In this document: piece by piece, positions 12,824 through 26,813 of the stretch
Position numbering within the stretch: the first letter of the stretch is position 1
How the letters are laid out: each line of letters begins with the position of its first letter
From: Octopus sinensis
Lineage: Eukaryota
DNA length: 64,000 nucleotides
Direction: 5' to 3'
Assembly (NCBI RefSeq): GCF_006345805.1
Contig: NC_043001.1
Span: forward strand, 16,740,001 to 16,804,000
Made by a program: the position numbers and the translations under genes
The notes under the pieces: generated by a model
The model's input: only the letters and a program-made list of their open reading frames with translations
Databases searched by the model: none
Told to the model about the DNA's origin: nothing

Positions 12824-13218
12824 TCTCTCTCTATATAAAGCTGAAATTGTCTGTGTACGGCAGGCTTGGTAGCCTTCAACTAGCACTATCTCCTCCGAGA
12901 CCCTGCGGCGCAAGTTAACCAAAATTGAGAGTATGATAGAAGGCTTGCTCTTCCTTCCGTAGAAGAAGAAATTCAAATCGGACCATATTAACACCAAAAA
13001 TTATTTACATAATAAAGGTGCTTTTTTTTCTATGAAAATCCCTATTTTTTACGATTTTTTTACTGTTGTATCGCCATTTTTCGGTGTATTTCAACCAGAA
13101 AACAAACTGTTCACTTAAGGGAGAATAACAAGCTACAGAATGCAAAATTTTTACTTTTCAAAAATTCCAATTCTAAAGGGTCGAAACAAACCCTAGCAAC
13201 GCCGGGAGATACTGCTAG
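12824..13218 (+). mobile_element. Non-autonomous Helitron
   Basis: A|TCTCT start, hairpin, CTAG|T end, no TSD; closely similar to 48826 and 58023. Confidence 0.75.
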
Positions 13219-13659
13219 TAATTTTATATTTTTTTTTATCTCTTATAAATAATCGTTTATTCAAGATTTTGTGGCAAAGTTAAACAAGATGAAAATGTAT
13301 CACAACCATAAGAGATAATATATAAAAAATTATTGTGGTGAATCAAGCAAAGAATGAAAGCTTTATTTGTTGTTTTTTTCTTTATATCTGAATTCATTAT
13401 CTCTAGTTAATGTAATTAAATTTTAGATAATCCTCCTGAACCTTGTCACTAAAATTGACGAGTTCAAAGTAAGTGAAAATCATTTCCTGACGAGATTCGC
13501 TAACTGAAGAGTTTTCTAAGAAAAGTGTGAAAGTTTTCACAAGTGATAAGTTAAACGATAACAGTTAAAATATTGTTTAAACAGGGTAGAACATACACAC
13601 GTGTATCTGAGATACCCAGCCACTTTGTACGTTAGTCCATGGAACTGGTAAGATTAAAC

Positions 13660-13915
13660 TTATTTACTCTTTTACTATTTTACTTGTTTCAGTCATTTGA
13701 CTGTGGCCATGCTGGAGCACCACCTTTAGTTGAGCGAATCGACTCCAGGACTTATTCTTTGTAAGCCTAGTACTTATTCTATCGGTCTCTTTTGCCGAAC
13801 CCCTAAGTTATGGGGACGTAAACATACCAGCATCAGTTGTCAAGCGATTTTTTGGGGGAGACAAACACAGACACACAAACATATACACACACATACATAC
13901 ATATATATATATATG

Positions 13916-13951
<36 letters not shown>

Positions 13952-14092
13952 TCTTCAGTTTCCGTCTACCAAATCCACTCACAAGGCTTTGGTCGGCCCG
14001 AGGCTATAGTAGAAGACACTTGCCCAAAGTGCCACGCAGTGGGACTGAACCCGGAACTATGTGGTTGGTAAGCAAGCTACTTACCACACACT
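13660..14092 (-). mobile_element. SINE family B
   Basis: Homologous to 33015-33420. Confidence 0.85.
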
Positions 14093-14440
14093 CTTGCGTT
14101 ATGATTTGTACAGGAGTATAAACTATTGTGATTAACATTCAGCATAGAAGGAACAACATCCAGAATAATTTGTTCACATCAAATAAATGCTTAATTTTGT
14201 GCTACAAAGCGACAATATTTTAAACAAATGTTGGGAATTGTATGATGGAATGAACTGAAATTTCTAATATTTGCATATGCAATTAACCAACCAGTTTCAC
14301 ATACTGTTGATGTTAACCAGTTCGGTGTTTTAAAAAGTTATGCAGTTAGCCGGGTTATGTATTTATCCAGTATCCAATTATGCGGAAGCAACTGTATTAA
14401 ACACATGACTGTCTCACTTTTGTGGATTTCATTGAACATT

Positions 14441-14930
14441 TTAGAAATATCAAAATTTCTAAGTCTCTCTAAAGGAGACTACGGCAGCGGTATTGGATAT
14501 TATTAGTTATCTCCAAGCTAATATGGCAGTCTATAAATATAAGACTTAAGCTGCCGTTGATTAGCTGTTAATTTCCTGTACCGCTTCTTTAGACCTTTAG
14601 AGAGACTTAGAAATTTTAATATTTCTAATTTTGAAAACCAGTGGATGTATTCCACTGAAATTAGGTAAATAATCCTTCGAACAAACGGTCTGCAGCGATG
14701 CCTGCTGGGTCTGGCTATTCTGTATTGATAAAGGGCAAATACCCTGAAAGATGTTTACAGATGTCTGACCAGCAAGGGGAAACGGCTGACCTCCCCTGTT
14801 CGAAGGTTATAATGGACACATATTTGTGTGTCATATAGCTAGCTAGAAGCAATGGCCTCTTGGAGCTAATCAACGGCAGCTTAAGTCTTATATTTATGGA
14901 CTGCCATATTAGCTTGGCGATAACTGTTAA
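14441..14930. mobile_element. Rearranged PLE-type element with HHR (14720-14760, plus)
   Basis: Inverted and direct pieces of the 3579/10261 family; ctgta-TTGATAA-aggg caaata ccct-GAAA-gatg-TT-tacag. Confidence 0.65.
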
Positions 14931-15304
14931 TCGAACATTTTCATATTTCTTTATTAGGCTTAAATATTTTGTTTGGTGCCATAAAATTAGATCTGCAAAC
15001 GTTGTAGATGTTACTGTTCTTCTAAACAGAAAACAGTAATACAATTAATAATTGTCAAAAGGCATTCTGCACATTTTGCAGTAACATTAAAATCTTTTCT
15101 ATTAAGCGTAGATGTCAAATGAATTTCTCTTTAATTTTGCTATACTTGTAATCAGACGCGAACGTAAGGAGAAACTATTTTGAATTAAAGATACTCTTAC
15201 CATTTTGCCTTAATTTGCAGATATATTCTGAAAGTCCAGCAGAAAATTTTACTGTTTAGGTTGACTAACGAATGCGGGTGTGAATAAAATCTGGACTTAA
15301 CTTT

Positions 15305-15680
15305 AATTACCTCCGCTTTAGTGTAGGCAGAGGTATTGTTTTCTGTCGTATTTGTTTGTTTGTTTGTTTATCCGTGGACAAGATATCTCAAGAACCGCTC
15401 GATCGATTCGGATGAAACTTTCAAGATGTTTGGCCTCGTGTCTGGCACAGACTGATTAGATTTTGTGATCTATCCGGTACCGGACAAGGATTCTGTATTA
15501 TTTTTCCTGTGTTTTTACCTAATTTTTGAGAACGGTCATGTTCATTTTTACTATTCTCGTTTGTGAGAACAGTCGAGTTTATTTCAGATATTCTCATTTT
15601 AAAAACCATCTCCGGCTAATCGTTGGGAGGATGTTGGTGTTGCCTTGGCGGATGTTTGTGCTCTCTGAGTGCTCTTGTTT
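15305..15680 (+). mobile_element. Helentron-associated (HINE/DINE-1-like) non-autonomous element
   Basis: Subterminal inverted motif ACCTCCG...CCTTGGCGGA, short (TTTG)n near the 5' end, 3' hairpin GTGCTCTCTGAGTGC, T-rich flanks; second copy at 52999. Confidence 0.6.
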
Positions 15681-15966
15681 ATTTATTTTTTTCAATTAAC
15701 CCACTATTAAATTTCTGCTACATGCATTCATTCAATTCAAACTTTATACCCTGTACAAAGGAACTGATAAACCATTTCCGATCATGCGAGTTTTTACTTG
15801 AAATCCTATAACTACGCTACTCTTGATTTTGATGCCATAATTATTTGACATGGTTTGCATTAATGGATTTATTAGAGCTACTGAAATTTTTGCCAAAAGA
15901 GTAAAAAAAAATTATTAGAATTTCTGTATGGATCCTACAATATATATATATGTATATAATATATAT

Positions 15967-16032
<66 letters not shown>

Positions 16033-16033
<1 letters not shown>

Positions 16034-16168
16034 GGTGAGAAAGTTGGTGTGTGAAAGCACGTGGTTGAATATGTAGAAAATAGTAAAAAGTGAAAAAACT
16101 ACAGAAGGCTTGTTTTAGGAGGTTAAAAAATATATATTTGAGTCATTATGTCAGAAGAATGTTATAAA
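16033..16168 (-). mobile_element. 3' end fragment of the 2854-3530 PLE family
   Basis: Reverse-complement match to ~3395-3528; abuts (TA)n. Confidence 0.75.
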
Positions 16169-16719
16169 TATATATTTGTTTTAACACTTAATCTATAGAC
16201 TGTATTATTTATTATTTTTGTTTCTACGTTTGGGAGTTAAAGATCTGGGTATATATCTTATTCTATCTAAAATCCGCTACAACTAAATGCATCGTTGTAA
16301 AACTGAAATACTTTTGTAAATGCATTTGCAGCAGAAGATACTGAAGATAAAGGTCTATAAAAACGGAGACTAATGTTTGAAGAAGAAATAGCTAAGTAAT
16401 AGAGTGATAATAATTCACAATATCACGTTGAAAGAACCGGGGATTTTTCTGTCTATTAAATTAAGCTATTGAATTATTCTGTAATAGACAAGTTATAATT
16501 CCATCCTTAAAGTTTCTCTACTTTTCGAATTCTAAAAACATTAGGATCAAGGAGTTTCTTACTAGATATACCTGGATTTGTTTAGCGATTTTTTATTTAT
16601 TAACTTACATTTAAGGTAGCTAACAAAATTTTTTTCTTGAAAGTGATATGAGCTGAGCGGGTGACTAAGGCTTTCTACCTTACCGTTTATATTAAGCGCT
16701 GATGTGAATCCCTTTTTTT

Positions 16720-17096
16720 CTTTGTTTCAGTCATTTGACTGCGGCCATGCTGGAGCACCGCCTTTAGTCGAGCAAATCGACCCCAGGACTTATTCTTTGT
16801 AAGCCTAGTACTTATTCTATCGGTCTCTCTTGCCGAACCGGGGACGTAAATACACCAGCATCGGTTGTCAAGCGATGTTGGGGAGACAAACACAGACACA
16901 CAAACATACACACACACATATATACATATATACGACGGGCTTCTTTCAGTTTCCGTGTATCAAATCCACTCACAAGTTTTGGGTCGGCCCGAGGCTATAG
17001 TAAAAGACACTTGTCCAAGGTGCCACGCAGTGGGACTGAATTTGGAACAATGTGGTTGGTAAGCAAGCTACTTACCACACAGCCACTCCTGCGCCT
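16720..17096 (-). mobile_element. SINE family B
   Basis: Full-length homolog of 33015. Confidence 0.85.
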
Positions 17097-17467
17097 ATAC
17101 ATATATTGCAAAAAACATCCTGCAATAAATTTATGAGTCTCAACTTGAGAGAATTTCTACTTACTGGTTAATACTATTAATTAATTGTCTTTTATAAAAG
17201 ATTTATAAAATCTTTTTTATCTAAATCTGTATCAACATTGAAATATATCTTATCTTAATGAGCTAAAACATCCAGATTGTTTTTTTTTTTAGATAACTCT
17301 GAAATTTGTTGCCAAATTTACGAAGTGTAATGTTTCATATCAGTTTGCAGAAATCCTTTTCAAATAATTCTAGATGCCTTATCTGCAGTGGGTTTTTGTT
17401 AGTTGTAAATGAAAACTTTTCACTACCAAGAGTATTCGGTTTCACATTTTACCTTTCGACAGAAATA

Positions 17468-17689
17468 CGAGGGGATGACGAAAAGTTCTTGTTTTTTAAG
17501 GGGATCGCGAAAGGCCTGACTGAAGGCCCTAACTTACAAGTTCTTTTACAAGGCTTAGAAAAACTGAAGGACTGCTGCAATATGTGTGTGAATATGAGAG
17601 AGGAATATATTGAATAAAAAGAATCATAATTAACTGATCCACACGTATTTTCTTTTACCCAAAGCCAGGAATTCTTCACCACCCCTTAG
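17468..17689 (+). mobile_element. Internally deleted mariner-like element
   Basis: TA|CGAGGGGATGACGAAAAGTTC ... GAATTCTTCACCACCCCT; peptide GLEKLKDCCNMCVNMREEYIE* resembles a mariner transposase C-terminus. Confidence 0.55.
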
Positions 17690-17940
17690 TATACTTTTCA
17701 TCTCGACCTAAAGAAATCTGTTTACTCAAGTAAAGCCTTTTAGTTACTGCTTCTTAAAACAGCAATATTCTGAAAATTCTAAGAGATATCTTTCTTTATT
17801 CAGTATTTTAAGTGTTTTTTTTACTGCGCTTTACTCTGTGACGGGGTAGATAATCTGTGCTGTTATATGCAAAGCGGTCATTATGGTCAGGAAGGTTAAA
17901 AGTGAGCGCTCGATATTGAAATTAGAAAACATTTATTTGG

Positions 17941-18425
17941 CTAAAAGCTAATATTTCGTACTTATCTGAGTTTCACGTTTCTGATTTTCAAACAAAATCT
18001 GAACGAAAGAGCATTACACGTGAGATTTTACAGGAACTTCGAGATTAGTTGGAGGAAATTGATGAGGGTATTGCCCGAATGATGCACTGAATGTACAACG
18101 CAAATAACTCGTGGTGAGATTTCGATTCAGAGCCTAAAGAAGAGGAAAACATCCAGCAAAGCGTACCATCCGAGGCTTTAACGTTAACGCCAATCCCTCT
18201 TTCTAGACAGGCACTTCATTTATCAAACCCAAAAGGATGAAAGACGACATTGACTTCGGTGGCATTTGATCTCAAAATGTCGGGTACCGAAACAAAACTA
18301 CTGCAAAATATCCTTTACAAATCTCGTATAATTCATCCAATTTGCTACGTATGAAATTAAAAACTGTTCGAAGAATATTCAGAAAAATAAATTGACATAT
18401 GATCAGCTGCATGTGTAAAGATAAA

Positions 18426-18465
<40 letters not shown>

Positions 18466-18949
18466 TTTATCTTTACACATGCAGCTGATCATATGTCAAT
18501 TTATTTTTCTGAATATACTTCGAACAGTTTTTAATTTCATACGTAGCAAATTGGATGAATTATACGAGATTTGTAAAGGATATTTTGCAGTAGTTTTGTT
18601 TCGGTACCCGACATTTTGAGATCAAATGCCACCGAAGTCAATGTCGTCTTTCATCCTTTTGGGTTTGATAAATGAAGTGCCTGTCTAGAAAGAGGGATTG
18701 GCGTTAACGTTAAGCCTCGGATGGTACGCTTTGCTGGATGTTTTCCTCTTCTTTAGGCTCTGAATCGAAATCTCACCACGAGTTATTTGCGTTGTACATT
18801 CAGAGCATCATTCGGGCAATACCCTCATCAATTTCCTCCAACTAATCTCGAAGTTCCTGTAAAATCTCACGTGTAATGCTCTTTCGTTCAGATTTTGTTT
18901 GAAAATCAGAAACGTGAAACTCAGATAAGTACGAAATATTAGCTTTTAG
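17941..18949. repeat. Long palindrome 1, ~490-bp arms around (TA)n
   Basis: 17941-18429 is the reverse complement of 18462-18949; about 3 differences noticed. Confidence 0.95.
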
Positions 18950-18953
18950 GATT

Positions 18954-19147
18954 AAATCAGATTTAGGATTAAATCCAATTTTATAGTAAAATATTATATA
19001 ATATTAATTAGAGACAAAACCACTATTTTGCAGAAGACATGAAACAATTGTAGTGGCGGTTTTTTTACTTTTTATTAAAATGTTATGTATTAATTAAGTC
19101 TTTCCTTGTTTGTTTTGCAAAATAGTGGTTTTGTCTCTAATTAATAT

Positions 19148-19183
<36 letters not shown>

Positions 19184-19667
19184 TAATAAAAGGAATTCCA
19201 ACCTTGTCTGATTTTCACGTTTTATTTACAATCTTATAATGATATAAGATAATATAATAAAATAAAATAAAATAATAGAATGTTAAATGTTCATTCTGAT
19301 TGAACTAGTACTTTCATGCATTAAATTCTGCAATCTTCAGGTTCATGTAGTAGTGGTGACAAGGTCGGAATTCCTTTTATTAATATTTCTTCTATACACA
19401 TCACACACACCCGTATATATATATATATATATATATATACGGGTGTGTGTGATTGTGTATAGAAGAATATTAATAAAAGGAATTCCGACCTTGTCACCAC
19501 TACTACATGAACCTGAAGATTGCAGAATTTAATGCATGAAAGTACTAGTTCAATCAGAATGAACATTTAACATTCTATTATTTTATTTTATTTTATTATA
19601 TTATCTTATATCATTATAAGATTGTAAATAAAACGTGAAAATCAGACAAGGTTGGAATTCCTTTTTA

Positions 19668-19699
<32 letters not shown>

Positions 19700-19893
19700 A
19701 TATTAATTAGAGACAAAACCACTATTTTGCAAAACAAACAAGGAAAGACTTAATTAATACATAACATTTTAATAAAAAGTAAAAAAACCGCCACTACAAT
19801 TGTTTCATGTCTTCTGCAAAATAGTGGTTTTGTCTCTAATTAATATTATATAATATTTTACTATAAAATTGGATTTAATCCTAAATCTGATTT
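18954..19893. repeat. Long palindrome 2, ~460-bp arms around (TA)n
   Basis: 18954-19413 is the reverse complement of 19440-19893; mirror ORFs 19287+ and 19321- in the ORF track. Confidence 0.95.
19508..19552 (+). ncRNA. Hammerhead ribozyme motif (mirror copy 19301-19345, minus)
   Basis: tgaac-CTGAAGA-ttgca gaatttaa tgcat-GAAA-gtac-TA-gttca. Confidence 0.8.
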
Positions 19894-19926
19894 TTTCCCT
19901 GTAAATTGGATTTATTCCCTAATATT

Positions 19927-19978
<52 letters not shown>

Positions 19979-20935
19979 TGAAATTTATCTTTACACATGC
20001 AGCTGATCACATGTCACTATACATGTTACTACAAATATAGGTAGAAGATTCTTGAACTTTCCTGGAACCCGTAGATACAATAAAATCTTTAACACGCAAC
20101 AAAAGTTTCCTTTTTCTTGTCCTAATGTTATGTCGTATATCAATAAGCAACGGATGACTCAAGCCTGCACCGGATGCACTTGTAGTGACAAATCTAAATG
20201 TCATCTAGGACAGGAGTGCGATATATCTTCTGTAGTTTATCAGGCACAGGTTTCAGCAAACTACGACGATGGTCATACAAATATCAAACGTTACATCGGA
20301 GCTGTGGAAAGAAAATTTTAAGTTAGATATAACAACCATCTTTCGAATTTTAGATACTGTAATAAGAGACATTCAACAAGGCTTTCGGCTTTAATCTAAA
20401 AACTTGGAGACGAAGGGGCCAATTGCAAATAACAAATGGAAAATCCTCTCAAAGTCCATATCCTATATTAACGGATCTAAAAAATGCCCAGTGTGTTCGC
20501 TTGAACAACTGTAGCTATTAAGACACTTGAGAACCTCCAACGAACATACATTCGAGGAATGAGATTTTCTCTTTATGTCCATATTTCAACAAATACATCT
20601 TTTCGGAACTTAAAATTAGACCACTGGATACGTATTAGACCATTAACAAGTGGTTAACGCCTGCTTGACATCGAATTATTGTAACGTTGGTTATCTCCCT
20701 TGTGTTTTTCCTTTTGTCTTATTTACAAGCGTTTCTTGTTTGAACGTTATTTGCTTAAAAGACAACTGACAAACGATCTTGCTTTCAGCTTGATAAATGG
20801 TGGAAGAAATTATTATTTCGACCTGGAAGCCCTGGGTACCTATAATTGCAAAATTTGTGGTTTTTAATTTGAAATTATCTTTATTCTCTTAGCTGATCAA
20901 GTGCTTTTCTACGTGTCAAAGTTCTACCAAATAAT
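19979..20935 (+). mobile_element. Decayed Penelope-like element, GIY-YIG region (second lineage)
   Basis: CTC..KCHLGQECDISSVVYQAQV...KRYIGAVERKF*VRYNNHLSNFR..HSTRLS, with stops and frameshifts. Confidence 0.75.
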
Positions 20936-21088
20936 ATGTATATACACATACATAAACATCTGCTGCTTACTATTAACAAATGACACCTAATAATTATTTA
21001 ACCTGACTGAACACAACGTTATGACACCCAATCAGTGCTGGCGTCCTACTTGTTGATATGGCCAGATTCTAGTGAATCCTGTAGCTAA

Positions 21089-21565
<477 letters not shown>

Positions 21566-21960
21566 ATGTGTCTGACTGTCTGTTCATCTCGCTCCCTCTC
21601 TCTCTATATATATGTATGTATGTGTATATATGTATACACACGCATACATACACACACTCACACACACGCATATATATATGCATACATACATGCTTACATA
21701 TATACACACACACAGAGTATTGCCGTGGTTAGTCCTTTTACACGTATTTCTTTAGTGTTCAATATGCGGATTCCCCAGATATTTTCAGAGGTGTGAAATA
21801 TCTGGGTAGATATCTGCAAACCGTAGAGTTTACCTGAAGAACCTATGTTGAAGAACCTATGTTTTTTGATTGAAAGGTACTTTTCAATACTTGCATCGAA
21901 TGCTATCTGTTCTATTCGGATTCAAGCATGTTTTCAAACTCTAATCTTCTTCTCCCCCCC

Positions 21961-22025
<65 letters not shown>

Positions 22026-22176
22026 ATGTATGTATGTATGTATGTATGTATGTATGTATGTATGTATGTATGTATGTGTATCATATATTGTTTTGTGTTG
22101 CTAACGTGTGAAACAGGATATATATACATATACACACATTCATACATACATACACATACATACATATATTTTTCTT

Positions 22177-22218
<42 letters not shown>

Positions 22219-22413
22219 CACGTATGTTTTATGACTAAGCACACGTCAATAAATCATTAAAACTCTGTCTTCGGGTTTGAGTACACTTTCTTCCGTTTGT
22301 CACATCTAACGTGTGTAAATGTGTGTGTGATCGTATGTGTGCGTATGTGTATATACATATATATGCATATATATATATATACACATATATATGTATGTAT
22401 ATGTGCGTATATG

Positions 22414-22493
<80 letters not shown>

Positions 22494-22664
22494 ACAAATA
22501 AAAAATTTATTTTTTCAGTAAGGTAAGGCAATTTGCTGCGTCCGGGTTACAAAAGTAGGCCAATTAGCATACGATTTCCATATATGGTCAACTGAAGAAG
22601 TAAGAGGAGTAAAACTTGTGTGAGTAACTTCATTTAACACTCCCTATCAACTCCATTAGTTCTA

Positions 22665-23300
22665 CATCACCTCCACGACCCACCATTCTCCCCACCATTA
22701 AATACTAAATCAACACCAGCTCCACCCCACAAGAACACTACCATTGCAATACCACCACCACCAACAACAACAATAACAACAACAGCAGCAGCAGCTGCAG
22801 CAACAGCAACAACAACATCAATATCAACTGCATCAGCAACAACAGCAACAACAACACCACAACAACATTCATCACCGCCACCTCGAAGCCTGTTCCACCC
22901 TTGCCATTCACTCACTACCACTTTCGCACTTTCAATTTTAACATTCCGGCTTTAGTCCTTTAGAATTTACCGCCGCCGCCACCACCCCACCCCCACTACC
23001 ACCACCACCACCACCACCACCACTACATATATAGCCACTACCACCACCGTTACCCAACCACCCTCACTTCCAGCACCGCTACTACTACAACAACGACGAC
23101 CACCACCACTACCAGCACCATCAGCACCACCACCATCACCAGCGCCACCAGCACCAGCACCACCACTACCACCACCACTACCACAACCACCACTACGACA
23201 ATCACCACCATTACAACTACTTCTACTACTACAACTATCACTAATAACACCAATAGTAGCTACCACTTGCACAAGAAATACCACTAATACCAACACTGCA

Positions 23301-23334
<34 letters not shown>

Positions 23335-23700
23335 TCACCACCACTACAACTACCACCACAACCATGACAGCTATCACTAATACCAGCATTGCAACTACCT
23401 CCACCACCACCACCACTGCCACGACCACGACCACCACCATCAACCGCTAGAACAACCATTAACATTAACAGAACCACCATCACCACCACCACAATCAACA
23501 CTAACATCAACACCACCACCGCCACCACAACCACCACCACCACCACCACCACCACCAACACCATTATATCAACAACCACCATGCCGTAGCACCCATGCCA
23601 CCTCCACATTACTTATTCATCACCCGCACCTCACCACTAAACCACCCCCCACCCCACATATCCATCTCCACCCCGCCATTCATCATCCCCATCTCATCCT
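22665..23700. repeat. (CAC/CAA/TAC/CAG)n cryptic trinucleotide low-complexity tract
   Basis: Direct reading; partly duplicated at 25940-26295. Confidence 0.9.
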
Positions 23701-23890
23701 CAACGCACTGCGCCACAACTAGTACCACTCCAGCAAATACCCCCCAGCAACACCCCTAATACTCATTACACGAAATACCCGTTTCTTCATTATTTCCTCC
23801 GTCTACCCGCCACCCTTTCTTTTCTCTGTTCTGTCTTTGTTATGTCTTCTTTATCACTGTTTTTTCTCTCTTCCTCTTTCTTTTTCTTTT

Positions 23891-23933
<43 letters not shown>

Positions 23934-24057
23934 CTTCTCTCACTCTCCCCCCACCCGTATCTCACCCTCTCTTTCTCTCCCTCACTCCATTCCTTCTCTC
24001 TTCACCCATCTTATTGTTTCAGGCTGACTTCATTTAGAGCTGTTTTCTTTTCTTAAA

Positions 24058-24520
24058 GCACGCACACGCACACTCACACACTCACACACTCACACATACG
24101 CGCACACACACACATACACACATACACGCGCACACACGCACACACATAGCCACACATGTGTATATACTCACGCAGTCAACACATCTAAATAGGCAGAAAA
24201 ATGCATACATATAAGCACACACATAGACAATTTCCACTAGGCACATAAACACACACACACACACACACACATACACACACACACACACACACATACACAC
24301 ACACATACACACACACGCTAAGTATAAATGCACACAGCGCAAATACACATCAGCGCAGTTACTCACCATATAAACACGCACACACACACACACACGCACA
24401 CACACACACACACGCACACACACACACACACACACACATACAAACAAACAAACCGCAGCGCACCAAATTCACATTTAAACCGCAGCGCACACATACAGTC
24501 AACACCAGCTCAATTATACT

Positions 24521-24558
<38 letters not shown>

Positions 24559-24776
24559 AAGAGGGAGAGAAAGAGAGAGAGAGAGACACACACACATACA
24601 CACACTCACACACTCACACACGTACTCACGTTAACATACTCAGATACACTTACTGACACACGCTCACACAGGCACACACACACGCACTCATACAGACAGT
24701 GAAAACCTAGCACGCAAACGCTTAATAGACATTCGCCAGTGGAATCACTCTAACGCACATATACACACACAAACAC

Positions 24777-24819
<43 letters not shown>

Positions 24820-24840
24820 ACACACATATATATATATATA
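24058..24840. repeat. (CA)n/(GA)n compound microsatellite
   Basis: Direct reading. Confidence 0.9.
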
Positions 24841-25480
24841 TCAACAAATTTCAACATACACACATATATAAACAAAGTTTAACCTACACACATGTCTAAG
24901 CAAATTTCAACATATACATACAAGTTAACAAACTCCAATACATTACTTACTTATAAACATACCCGTGGGTACAAACAATAGCCAAACACGCCTATACTAG
25001 AAGTTCAGCAAAAGAACCCTCGTTAACTTCGCAAGAGGTGCGTCGCTTTAGTTGGTCTCTAAATGACAGGATATAACAAGTTCAATGACCGAATGATGGA
25101 GTAATATTTTCCAGTTTGATTGATTGTTGGACGTCAGAAGGAGAGATCTTTCATTACTCAAATAAGGAGCCAAGAACTCATAAAAGTGATGTCATAAATC
25201 TTTTCCTGGCTACGATTACGATCTTGCCCAAACGGACTTCCTTTCCTCATTTTCATATGGGATATTTAACTCAAACATGCACATTAAAAAAAAAATAAAT
25301 AAATAAAAATAAAAATAAAAATTAAAAAAAAACACTCGTCATTCTTATAATGCTGCTATTGCTTATTGTATTACCATTACCTGTTACTTAGAGTAGGGGA
25401 TACTTTCATTTTAGATGAATTATTCATGAATAAAGTTTTTTTTATTTTTTCAACATATTTTTGTTATTACGAGAATAACA

Positions 25481-25850
25481 ACTTACTTATTTAAGACCTT
25501 AATCCCCTATTGGGTAAAAGCCGTAGACGATTCTGCTCTGTCTTTATTACTTCTCCTCAATTTGATCTCTGATTTTTCAGCTCTGCCTTAGAATCAAATA
25601 TTCCTCTGAGAGAATGCCTTCCTCTGTCAGTTCGTGTTCATTGTGACTCTTCATCGCTTCTTCCGCAGCCTTGTTTTTATTCTAGTTTACTAGTTAGGTT
25701 TGTTGGCCCTATGCAAACCATTCAATTTTGGAAAGAAGTGGTTCATTTTAGCTTGCCCTCTGTCCTTTGACCTATCCAACATGGGAGACTCCACCATAAG
25801 CTAGCATTCTGCTGGCAGTTATTGGGACGCACAAATCACTCCAACAGGGT
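25481..25850 (-). mobile_element. Old internally deleted RTE-like retroposon
   Basis: Short (TAAG)n-type tail with an RTE-like 3' end at 25481-25540; TTGACCTATCCAACATGGGAGACTCCACC resembles an RTE 5' UTR (recognised from memory, not searched). Confidence 0.4.
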
Positions 25851-26512
25851 CTGGACCGCGTAGGAATAACTTCTAATTTCATTAAGGAGTTCATTCCTAG
25901 CTGTTACATTATAGTACAGGGTTATATAATTCGCATTTGCGACCACCACCGCGACCGCCGTCGCCGCCGCCACCACCACAACCACCACTACAACAACCAG
26001 CACCAGCACCGCCACCACCACTACCACAACCACCACTACAACCACCAGCACCAGCACCGCCACCACCACCACCACCACTACCACCACCACTACCACAACC
26101 ACCACTACCACCACACCACCACCACCACTACGACAATCACCACCATTACAACTACTTCTAATACTACAACTATCACTAATACCACCAATAGTAGCTACCA
26201 CTTGCACAAGAAATACCACTAATGCCAACACTGCAACTACTACTACTATCACCACCACTACATCTACCACCGCAACCAATACAGCTACCACTAATTAAAT
26301 AATTAAATAACCCTGTGTCTTGGTACCTACTTTAAGTTAGTATTAGTCAGTGGCTAATATAGTTTTGACTATTTTAGCAAGTACAAGAGACAACTCTGGA
26401 TATATTGGAGTTGTATCAAACAACATTAGTGAAACAGATTTCACTGTAGATGTCTAAGTAGTGATAAGAGAATCACTAAGTAAATGTACAACGGTGTACA
26501 CTTCTTAACGTA

Positions 26513-26813
26513 AGATACTTCGCCCTTTTCAAGCCTAGCCAGGCTCATGGGCCCGGTTTCCCGGTTTCTATGGCGTATGTGTTTCCCCTCAGCTGGACGG
26601 GACGCCAGTCCATCGCAGCGTTACTCAAGAAACAGGAAGAAAGAGTGAGAGAAAGTTGGAGCGAAAGAGTACAACAGTACCCCAATGCCCTAGACTCGTG
26701 GAGCTTTAAGGCGTTTTCGCTCAATAAACACACACAACGCCCGGTCTAGGAATCAAAACCGCGATCCTCCGACCGCGAGTCCGCTGCCCTAACCACTGGG
26801 CCATTGCGCCTCC
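26513..26813 (-). mobile_element. SINE family C with 15-bp TSD
   Basis: Head GGAGGCGCAATGGCCCAGTGGTTAGG; TSD ACACTTCTTAACGTA at 26498-26512 and 26814-26828. Confidence 0.9.

Noticed and set aside
19287-19566. Near-identical 81-aa ORFs on both strands
   Set aside because: By-product of the palindrome
22667-23609. Mucin-like or Gly/Val-rich long ORFs
   Set aside because: Open in several frames and on both strands because of trinucleotide composition; no splice or homology support
26740-26813. tRNA genes in SINE heads (also 6103, 33015, 43169, 61050)
   Set aside because: A/B boxes run into SINE bodies, some with TSDs; no complete cloverleaf
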